DNA of 57,267 nt, counting the filler, from Sphacelaria rigidula (Eukaryota): assembly GCA_964200075.2 (NCBI GenBank). It is 8 parts of 8 records of this genome, joined end to end, with 100 filler letters (N's around TTAATTAATTAA, not from the genome) between each part and the next. Parts side by side here need not be neighbours in the genome. Positions count along the whole stretch, not along the records: positions 21,514 to 28,584 come from CAXNAA020016642.1; positions 28,685 to 35,755 come from CAXNAA020016643.1; positions 35,856 to 42,926 come from CAXNAA020016644.1; 5 more parts are not named here. The stretch is one strand, 5' to 3'. Both the position numbers and the translations under genes were made by a program. Positions 26,523 to 36,924 of this stretch are shown one piece after another; the stretch's first letter is position 1; every line of letters starts with the position of its first letter. Below the pieces are notes generated by a model. The model saw only the letters and a program-made list of their open reading frames with translations, did not search any database and was not told where the DNA came from.

Positions 26523-27054
26523 CTAGAAAAATGCCAGAAGAAAAGGAAAACAATCAATGCACAGACAGTACCACAAAAGTTGACTCTTTGCGCAACAGTA
26601 CAACAGTACACAATTGCGAGCTGAGCTAACTTCTTAAAAGTATGGTTGTGTCAGCCCCCAGCCGTCGGTCGCGTGTCACATTTTGCGATTTTTTATTCAT
26701 TTTGAAACAACAACGTGTACCGTACTTTTTTCTTGTTTTTTCTTTCTTGCCAAGGATCTGTCGTGAAATGATAGTACTCGCAATTGGAAGTACAATAGTG
26801 CATGCAGTAGTTGTTTTTTTCAACATAGTTTCGTTTTTTCTTTATAACATAATTAATTAATCACCGACATTCCGATTAATCGTGTGGGTCTGTCGCAAAA
26901 ACCGCTCGACACAATGTGGCCGATACCTGAATATCTGACAACCCCACGTGTTTTCTTCCCCTTCAGTCATGTAGTTATTACATCCCCCCACCCCCCCCTC
27001 AAGGGTTGACGTCGATTGGCATCGACGCTGTAAAAGACGCTACTCAATGCATCA

Positions 27055-27516
27055 AGACCACTTTGTATGGCAACCAATCCGTATTTGTAAAAATATGGGG
27101 ATTTCAGCTCGTTTGCATCCGATTTCTTCCCGTGGATTGATTTTTCGGCCCCCAGTCCGTTGGTTCATGTTTTTCGCCTAGCTGTGAGGAAACCAGATCA
27201 ATTCTCCGATTCTCTGGGCGCTGACTTTTGCTTCATCACCTTCCTGCTCAGATCGGGAGACTCCCGCATCTCTCCCGAATCCGGGGCTCGAATCGGGGGA
27301 GATGCCGGAGTCTCCCGATCTGAGCAGGAAGGTGATGAAGCAAAAGTCAGCGCCCAGAGAATCGGAGAATTGATCTGGTTTCCTCACAGCTAGGCGAGAA
27401 ACATAAACCAACGGACTAGGGGCCGAAAAATCAATCCACGGGAGGAAATCGGATGTAAACGAGCTGAAATCCCCATATTTTTACAAATACGGATTGGTCG
27501 CCATACAAATTGGTCT
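27055..27516. mobile_element. Near-perfect ~460-bp palindromic (fold-back) MITE
   Basis: Arms of ~225 bp are reverse complements with few mismatches around a centre near 27285. An older homologue lies at 46494-46966. Confidence 0.88.
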
Positions 27517-27519
27517 GAG

Positions 27520-27975
27520 CTAAAATAGGCAACCAGGTTCCTGTACCGCAATTTTCCTCGTTATTTTGTTCTGCGGTAAGCATAACGGTGGTCGAGCTAA
27601 ATCATTATGTGCGGGGTGGAGAACTCGAACTCCGTCCAAAGGGGATGGTCGTACTACGTAGCGTTAATCTCTTCCGCCACTGTGGAACCCGTGATTGTCT
27701 CTGGAAGTAGCTACACTAAAAAAAAAAAATCATTGGAGGATGTCATCCATACGCACGATAATCAGTACGCTTCGAGCCCAACAATCTTAGCAGGATGCAG
27801 CTCATCCCTCATGCGACTCACTGAACAAATTACGACGCCTCGCGCTTGGTGATTGCGAGCCTGGTTCGGCGAAAACCCGGCGTGCTCCGTCCCGGCTTTG
27901 TAAGGATGCGAGGTCAATGGTCTGATGACTAAGGCATGCACCATCATGAATACATGATTACACCCCCCCCCCTCC
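27520..27975 (+). mobile_element. Oligo(C)-tailed repeat, family B
   Basis: Body and 3' module are homologous to 15029-15520(-). It ends in TACACCCCCCCCCC and is immediately followed by a family A copy. Confidence 0.8.
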
Positions 27976-27979
27976 TTCC

Positions 27980-28261
27980 GGACATACGAAGATAGCATGA
28001 AATCGTTTGATGCATTAGACAGTAGCGAGAAAACGATAGCTATACTAGGGCATAGATGATGGCCACAGACGGCGAAACAGGACGGGGATAAAATACATGA
28101 AAGGTGTTTGTGTAATGTATGTTAGAAACGTAATGAACGCCGGAATGTTGAAGGTGGCTCTACTAGGAGTAGGGACGGTGCTCCGTCTCGAAAGGGATGC
28201 CGTGGTCAATGGTCAAACGACCAAGGCAAGCAACAAAAGAGTACGCCCCTCCCCCCCCCCC
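27980..28261 (+). mobile_element. 5'-truncated family A retroelement end with oligo(C) tail
   Basis: ATGAAATCGTTTGATGCATTAGACAGTAGCGAGAAAA... matches 14343-14749(-). It ends GTGCTCCGTCTCGAAAGGGATG...GAGTACG(C)n. Confidence 0.8.
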
Positions 28262-28355
28262 TTTCCCTCCGGTGAATCGTAGGCAGTAACGATACACCGT
28301 GAGTTCTACTAGGGAAGAGTCGCGTGATTCTTTTTTTCTTCTCTTCATAGATCGT

Positions 28356-28584
28356 GCCGCCGCGCCCCGGTGGTGTAATGGTCCGACTGTCGCTATTAGG
28401 GTGGAGAGAACGGGGGTTCGATTCCCGATGCGTTGAGTTTTTTAATCGTAACGTATGATGTCCACCGCGGAAAGTATGAGAACGTGAGTAAACAAAAGTA
28501 GTCGAGATCAAAATGAAAGGCACGTACGGGGGGAGAGATGGGTTGATCCCTTGAGACCACGGACTCATCCCGAAAGAGGGGAGG
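28356..28584 (+). mobile_element. Second tRNA-derived SINE family
   Basis: Head GCCCCGGTGGTGTAATGG...GGGGTTCGATTCCC (A/B boxes, no proper cloverleaf). The body GAGAGATGGGTTGATCCCTTGAGACCACGGACTC recurs inverted at ~18290-18350. Confidence 0.65.
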
Positions 28585-31500
28585 NNNNNNNNNNNNNNNN
28601 NNNNNNNNNNNNNNNNNNNNNNNNNNNNTTAATTAATTAANNNNNNNNNNNNNNNNNNNNNNNNNNNNNNNNNNNNNNNNNNNNGGGGTGTACTCATGAT
28701 GATGCATGCCATAGTCATAAGACCATAGGGGCGGGGGGGGGGAGGGGGGGGTTTATTCTACGAAAAAGTGGGCTCATACTTGTAGGTATGTCAGACGATA
28801 GAATAGAACAAAGTCGCGGTGCGCTTGTATTTGGGTAAAAACGGTGTCAAGCAGTAGGAAGAGAGCGTTATTTATCGGTAACAAGAGCATGACCCGGGGG
28901 ACGTACAGTAAGTACCACCCACCGGTACCTTGACGCTATGGACGCTCTGGACCCAGCCCGAGCAATGAGGGGAGGGATTAAAACTGTGGCAAGACATGCG
29001 AAAGATAGCATTCTTCAAATAATCTATCCGCCTTTCTATCCAGAACCTAAACTTAGTGCGAGAACGTGAACGGTTGTGTAGAAGGAGGAACGAGACGTGT
29101 TATGATAGACGTGGAAGTGTTGCAAATAAACGAATATGACGTGAGGTCGTTTGGTGCATTAGACAGTAGCGAGAAAACGGTCGCTATGGTAGGAGATGGA
29201 TGGTGGTAACAGACGGCGGAACAGGAAGGGGCATAAGATATGTAGAAGATTCTGGTGTAGTGTGTGGAAGACACATAACGAGCGCGCCCAAATGCTGGAC
29301 GTGTCTCCCTTAGGAGTAAAAAACGGTGCTCCGTTTCAAAACACATGCGTGGTCAATGGTCAATTGGATGAGGCAATGAACAAATACGTACACCCGCCTG
29401 CCCAAAATGGCAAGGCACCCATGAACCAATGTAACCAACTCATGGCTGTCTCTGGAAGTGGCGATGTCAGAGAAAGAAGTAACTCATTCGAGGCTGTCAT
29501 CCTTATCCAAGATGATCAGTACGTTTCGGGCCGAACAATCTTGGCAGGATGCAACCTACGCTTCATGCGACCGGCCGAACACATGACGACCGTTGGTGCT
29601 TGGTGATAGGTTGCGAACCTGGTCCGGCGAAAACCCGGCGTGGTGCCTCTCGGCTTTGTAGGGATGCGAGGCCAACGGTGTACAGTAGTCAGCGTCAGAA
29701 GTATGCATAATTCGTGATTTCTTGGTTTCCCAAAGATTTTCCAAATCTGTTTCGCTCACCACCGCTGATCACAGTGACTGTTGGATGCCAAAAAATCGGT
29801 ATCTGGAGACATTTTGATCCTCTTGACGAATGTTGAAAGAAAACGTAGCTGTGATCGATATTGGAGTGACTTACGGGCTTGACCGCTCTTCGGGAGTCCT
29901 GCGAAAGTGTAACCCCAGGTTCTAGCTTTTCGGTATTTTCGGTGGACCGACTCGATCCCGATCATAGAAGTGAAGACTCAAAAAAAATATATATATAAAT
30001 TTTGAAATATCACCTATTCACTGCGCCAAAGCCGGAAAGTTATGTTTCTTTGACCGCTCACGGCCAGTAACACCCTCTTGATAAACGGGGTATCTAGTCC
30101 GTATTGCCCCCTCAACACCAACTTGGGCATTGTGATTTGAGCACAGTTTGCTCTTTTTGCCGAAACTATCGACGCTAGCACTTTCGAGTGCTCATGGAAA
30201 ATGTTATGCGGAAACCCCCCGAAAAGAGGCCATCCGCAGAAAATACTAGACTGGGGTCTGTGCAGTATAGGAGGGAAACGATCTCGATCGTTATTGTGAA
30301 GAGTTGTATACGTATTCATTTATCTGAATATTTACCGTTCTGTTGCGGATGAACTGGAGAACTGTTTTTATTGGACCAAAAACGGTCAATAACATCCTCG
30401 TGATCAACGGGGTATTTAGTCCGCATCGCCCCAAAAACACTAACTTGGGCATTGCAGTTTGAGCGCGGCCTGTACGCTTCCTCCCTAAATCTACCGGCGC
30501 TGGCACTTTCAAGTAGGGATGAAGAATAGTACTCGAGAAAAGCTCGTAAACTACAACAACTACGAATTCTGAAAACTTGTGATGCCGACTACCATATTGA
30601 CTATGGCATGCATGATCATGAGTACACCCCCCACCTCCTACCCCACTGCCTGGTCCGACGAAAGCCCCGCGTGCTCCGTCCCGGCTTTGTAGGGATGGAC
30701 CCCCTACTGTATGGGGTTGGCGTCGGTTGGCAATGACGGGGTGCAACACGCTACTCACTGCGTAAGCTAGGCAACCAGGTTACCGATGTTTTTTGCCGTT
30801 TGCATTTTTTTCGCGGTAACGACGATGGTGGTCGAGCTGGATCATATTGTGCGAGGTGGGAGAACCTCAACTCCGCGCCAGGAGGTATGATCATACTTCG
30901 TAGTGCTTCAATGGTGAGACACCCGTGAGGCAGTGTGCAACTCGTGGCTATCTCTTGAAGTTTCGAGATCAGAGGACGAAGCAACTTATTCGAAGCTGTC
31001 ATCCTCGTCCAAGATTTAGATGATCCGATCAGATCGCGGAAATTCCCCGAAATTGGTTTTTCACCTACGACCCTAACATTCCGGTTATCGATATCCCAAT
31101 TTGTGTGGCGTGTAGTATTGCAGTTGTCAATAGCTACCAGCAAGCAAAGAAATGGAACCATATTCCGAAGATTTGGTGTGGATACGAAGGTATGAATCAT
31201 CCGAGTTTCTTATCGTCAATAAAAAGCGACATCCCAATTAGTGAAATCCCGTGTTGCAAGCACCCAGCAACGTTACGAGTCCTTCTTACCACTTACCACT
31301 TACCGCCTATCGGCCGATGCACAGAGAAAGGACAGACAGTGCTAGCACCCGTGCGTACCAAGCAGGAGTGCAGTTATACAGTAGGATGCCCACCAAGAGC
31401 ACTGCATCTATTCGAAAAACGAAAGGCCGCTTCCAGACCAAAGTACACACGGGACGACAAGAGACAGCCTAACTCTCTCACCGTGGGCATACTTTTGTTT

Positions 31501-31894
31501 TTCCTCTCTTTACTCTGGTATGTCACATTTTTATATCATTAATGTTTCTGTATTTGTTCTTGATTTTTCCTTGCTTTTTTTTTCTTCAAATGAACAAAGA
31601 TGGGGAAAAAATCGAGAGCGTAAATTCCTGTAAAAAAACAACAACCAATAAATGAATCTGGAGCATCTGGCAGGGAAAAAGAAAAGCAGAGCAGAAGTCT
31701 CACGAAGAACGGCAATCGGAAACATGAGAGCAAACGGACCTGAAGCCCAGCCCATATTAAGACCAACAACGACGATAGCAACGGCAACAACAACAACTTG
31801 AATGTACCGACCTACCGGTACGACCACATTCTCCAGGAGGGAGCAAGGTCTCTGCTGCTCGACGCGATCTCTTCCCCGTGCTGGGGGGGGGGCG

Positions 31895-32430
31895 GTCGCC
31901 GAGGACAGGAGGGTGTCGTCGCCGTCCGGGCTTCCCTCGCTGTCGAGCGATGGGTCAGAGGTGAAAATTGGGGCGGTAGACGCTGCCCTGGCGAGCATCT
32001 CCTGTGTAAACATCAGAGAAGACACCGAGATTGATCGTGCCCGTACCGCCGACTCCACGCGGCGAACCTTCGGCGACCTCTCCCTGCCGGCCGGTGACAC
32101 CTCTTCCTTCGATGGCTTTGGGGTACAGTATGTTGGGACGAAACGGAGAGAGGCGGAGGGGGGTGTACTCGTGATTCGTACACCCCCCTCCGCCTCTCTC
32201 CGTTTCGTCCCAACATACTGTACCCCAAAGCCATCGAAGGAAGAGGTGTCACCGGCCGGCAGGGAGAGGTCGCCGAAGGTTCGCCTCGTGGAGTCGGTGT
32301 TACGGGCACGATCAATCTCGGTGTCTTCTCTGATGTTTACGGAGGAGATGCTCACCAGGGCAGCGTCTACCGCCCCAATTTCAAGGTCTAACCCTTCCCT
32401 CGACGACAACGCCACCCTCCTCTCCCCGAC
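31895..32430. repeat. Long GC-rich inverted repeat (hairpin 1)
   Basis: 32061-32168 is the exact reverse complement of 32178-32285 around a 9-nt loop. The outer arms are imperfect, with an 18-nt indel. Confidence 0.92.
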
Positions 32431-32693
32431 ATCAGACAGCGAGGCCGAAGAGTTGCATCAGGCAGCGCAAAATACGGAAAATGAAGAAACAAAACATGAA
32501 ACGATGAGTGAACGGCAGAGCAGAACACGTACGTATTCAAGGCAAACATGTAGGAGGGCCAGATATAGCACGCAAGACAGGGTTCAACACGCACGAGAAA
32601 GGAGACAAGGAGCACACACACAAACATAACGAACATATCGTCTTGAATCATGCGCTGCATTGCCTTGCCCGGAAGCATGTATGTGGTGATCTG

Positions 32694-33510
32694 CGCTCCC
32701 AATGTCCATCACGAGACATTGAATCCTTCCCGAATGGTGAAAACACCTGAACCCCAGCCCTACCGCTTATTCACCTTGACTGTGCCTGCCTGCCTTGCAC
32801 CTATCCACGGCTGTGTTCGCAACGGATTTACACTAGTTCACGTGCTGCAACCAACCATCAAACCGACCAACCAATCATCGGATCAACCAATCAACCATAC
32901 AAGCAAGCAAGCAACCGTTACACCAGCGATGATATCCACGAGAAGGCAGACACAGCACTCACCGATCCTTCGTAGCCTTCGTCCCTTCGCCTCTTCCTCC
33001 CCGTCATTGCGTCTCCGCCGCTGTTTCCGTCCCCGCCATTCCCCCCCCTTCGCCTCGGGGGAATCGCCATTCGAGTGAATGTTGCAGCGCTAAGTGGTGA
33101 GGGATACGCACGCGTTCGTACGTGGTACCACCCACGACCACGTGCAAACGTGTGCGTATCCCTCACCGCCGTAGCGCGGCAACGCTCACTCGAATGGCAA
33201 CTCCCCGGAGGTGGAGGGGGGGATGACGGCGACGGCAATAGCGGCGGAGGCGGAATGGCCAGGAGCAAGACGCGAAGGGACGAAGACGATGAAGGATCGG
33301 CGAGTGCTGTGTCTGACTTGGATATCATCGCTGGTGTGATGGTTGGTCGGTTGGCTGCAGCACGTCAATCATTGTAATCCGTTGCTGACACAGCCATGAA
33401 TAAATGCAAGGCAGGCAGACACAGTCAAGGTGAATAAGCGGTGGGGTTGAGGTTAAGGTGTTTTCACCATTCGGGAAGGATTTAGTATTTGGTGATGGAG
33501 GTTGGGAGCG
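32694..33510. repeat. Long imperfect inverted repeat (hairpin 2)
   Basis: Arms pair from CGCTCCCAA../..TTGGGAGCG inward to GTGAGGGATACGCAC..ACGTGGT / ACCACGT..GTGCGTATCCCTCAC around ~33131. The left arm has an extra (CAAC/CAAT)n expansion. Confidence 0.88.
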
Positions 33511-36500
33511 TCACCGCTGGCTGAAAGGCGACAAAATAACACGATCGCTGAGCTGGAGGGCCTGGCCGACAGGGTGAACCGCTTCGTAATAGCGCACATG
33601 GCACAAATCCAGGAGCACGCGGAATGGTCCCGCGAATTCTCCATCGAGTGCGCTGGCAGCGACATCAAGGACTGGATGAATGATATCGACCGGGTAGCGA
33701 CATCTCTGCGGCAAACGTATCCTCTTGCCCCGCCGGACTACAACGACGGCGGCACCTGCCCCCTCCCAGCATTTGGGCGAGTGAACAAACTGATCAAGAT
33801 GGGACACCCGCTTTACCTGATTGGCCGGCAGCGGTTGGGATTTTGAGCCCAAGTCCCGACCATCACCAAACGAAAAGCAAGACGCAGCAACAACCTCACC
33901 AACGCCTGCCCCGAGCCAGGAGAAGATGACGCGCCCATCCGCGCCGACACCACCTCAGGGTCTCCGCTCAGGATACAACACGTCCGCAGGCCTCGTGACT
34001 CTTTTGACGAACCTGCCAGAGGAACTCTCCTCGTGGGCCCTGCACATGCGCGTTTGTCTTCGGAACTGGCAGGACCTGCGCTGTACGCGGGGTACGAAAT
34101 GCATGTTCCAAAAGCATGACGAAATTCACCCCGACGTAGCGGGAGGAACGGCCGCCGTCACGGAAGGCGGAAAGGGGCCAGGAAGCAGCGGCGTCGTCAG
34201 CAACAACCAGGAGCCGATTTTGAAGTTTAGTAACGGGGGGGGGGGGGGCGTACTCATTTGTTGCTTGCCTTAGTCATTTGACCATTGACCACGCATCCCT
34301 TTCGAGACGGAAGTAAACGGGGGGAGTGAGGAGTGCAGCCAGGGAACGGCGGAGGCGGAAGCGGTGTAGCGGGGGGAGGAGGAGCGAACGGAGCGAGTGG
34401 AGGCCGCTCGGCGAGCGGATGAGGGTACGGGCCCTGTCGCTTGGCGGCGGAGCCGACCGGGAAGGAGCACATTCCAGCCACACCTTCGTTCACTGACCCA
34501 CGCAGGTGGGTGGGCATCGCTGGAGCACCTCTACGTGGGTCGGTGGCTCCTCATGTTCGCACTGTGGGGCTACAATTACCGACGTAGCAAGTAGAAAAGA
34601 GACGGTTGTACGTAGCAAGGATAGTAGGCTTCGTCAATCGTTCAGGACAGTCTTTCGCATGAGTAGCAACGCAGGGAAGCATAGTGGTACAAATACAGGT
34701 GTATACAACACGTCGCCCCACGTCACGCCTGCTCCGTCTCGAAAGGGATGCGTAGTCAGTGGTCAAACGACTAAGGCAAGCAACAAATGAGTAGCCCCCC
34801 CCCAACGTCGCGCCCGCAGGTTCACCGCCCCAAAGATAGGTCCGACCTGGGAGGCAGATAGGTCAGTAGGTGGGCTACATTGCCTTAAAAATGAAGAAAA
34901 ACACAGTGTACAGCCTCTGAAATCGGCAGCAACACATCAACTTGCAGAATCCAATGAACTGCCTTGTACGACCCCGCCCAACTCGGAAAAATACAGTGAT
35001 AACCCAACCCCAAGCGACATAGCAATCAGTAGGATAACACATGCTGAAAGCGCGAAAAATGGGTCGGCTAAACGATGCACCAAAAATCGGGTAGGAAAAT
35101 CAACAGGACTGTCTCACCATCCCCTGTCAAAAGTGCTTGACGGGAATAACCCTAACTCTAAGTTTAACCCTAAGCCTATCCCTTTATCTTAGCAAAACTA
35201 CAACCCGGCGAAGGTGACCAGTCGGCGTTACTGGCGTCCACCTCTCTCGCCTCTGATCATCTGAGATTATTCGGACCGAGCGAGTGTGGTGAAACCTCAA
35301 TCGTAGCACCTAGTAAAAGTACTGATTGTCCGGCCACACGATGCTATTTTTCCGTGGCCAGCTTCGGCGCTTTTGGAGGATACTGCCTAGAGTTGAAGAT
35401 ATTCTGGCCATACACCCCTCCCCCTGCCCTTACGTAGGAACCCGTCCGAAAAGCAAAAGTAAGAGAAAACTGTTCCATCACAATCAATCTTTTAGAGTTG
35501 CGCGGCATGATGATGATGGCGTGCGTTATCTAGATTGCTTGAGGGAAAAACCACGACCGAGCCAGGAGAACCCGTATTGATGCTGGGCGACAACGCCTCA
35601 GCCGTATCGTGGGTGACCCGGTGTGGGTGTCCTCGAGACAGACGTGCTGGTCTCGTCATGAGAATGATGGGTCGGATGGAAATTACATGGGGATAGTGTC
35701 CAACAGTAAAACACATTCGAGGTACTGTATTGACAATGTCCTGGCCGACGGAATTNNNNNNNNNNNNNNNNNNNNNNNNNNNNNNNNNNNNNNNNNNNNT
35801 TAATTAATTAANNNNNNNNNNNNNNNNNNNNNNNNNNNNNNNNNNNNNNNNNNNNTCGGGCAATCATGCAGGAGAAATCGTGAATTTGGTGATTTTGAGT
35901 CGTGATGATTTGTTCTAACCGTGCAAGCGTCCAGCCTGGTAGTCGGCTACTACTGTTTGACTTGAGATAAGATATGAAGTACTGACAAACAAAACAAAGG
36001 CTGCACTCTAACAGAGCGCCCCCCCCAAATAAGTTGTTATGACTCATGATCAGAGTACAACTAATACGATTGCGGTGACTTGAAGTAAGTACGTATATGC
36101 ACAAACCAATTGTACACATATCAATACGTCGGATAAGATGAAATCATGCGCCTCGGTATTCCGAATCTCTTCGTGTGAGCACAAGTACGAGTGGGGTGTT
36201 TTCCTGTATTTGCTGCCATCTCATGTGCGTCTAAAAACGTTTCTCCTATAACATGACACATCATACATGCATAAACTTGGTTTTCATGAGTGGGTCCCAC
36301 ACCCTGATACCCAGCGTACCGAAAGGGCGGGACAGCGCATGGGGGAGTTGCCAAGCAATACACACACATTTCAATGCAATTTATATCCATGATATATCCT
36401 GGAACATGACGGACGAAAAATTGATCGTACCTGGACGCGAGTATTGCATGGGCGGGTGGGGGAAACTGGGGGGAACTGGGGGGGGCGTACTCATTTGTTA

Positions 36501-36677
36501 CCTGCCTTAATCGTTTGGCCATTGACCACGCACCCCTTTCGAGACGGAGCACCGTTGCGTGGTGGGGGACTGGCCGTGGAGGGTTGAACCTTGCTCGACA
36601 TTGCCGACACAACCCTGTGAAGAGCTCTCATCAGTACAACTATGGTGCTGTACACTTTGGAAGGTTTGTGATGTTAC

Positions 36678-36787
36678 CTTGATTCTTGTCAGCTCCGCCG
36701 GCGTAAACTCACTGGACGCGAAGTACAAATGGGCAGTCACCATCCAGCCCAGCACAGCGTCACCGAGGAACTCCAGCCGTTGGTAGT
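36678..36787 (-). CDS. Dicer-like protein, exon with the RNase III signature
   Basis: (D)YQRLEFLGDAVLGWMVTAHLYFASSEFTPAELTRIK contains the RNase III signature RLEFLGDAVL. Acceptor ATCAG (phase 1), donor AAG|GTAAC. Confidence 0.92.
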
Positions 36788-36889
36788 CTGATTGCATTTA
36801 CAGTCCGTTCGAACAGAAACACAACACGCATGACACAATAAATCGTCGGCGACAACACATTCAATTCTCAGTATTACCCGCACAGAAAC

Positions 36890-36924
<35 letters not shown>

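Noticed and set aside
27865-27960. Hammerhead ribozyme in family B (CGAAA ... CTGATGA)
   Set aside because: The bases after CTGATGA do not pair with those before GAAA to form stem II, and the sister family A lacks CTGATGA at that position.
28356-28435. Functional tRNA gene (also 1-75 and 26010-26088)
   Set aside because: A/B boxes are present, but there is no convincing acceptor or anticodon stem, and the heads at 28356 and 26088 run into a repeated SINE body.
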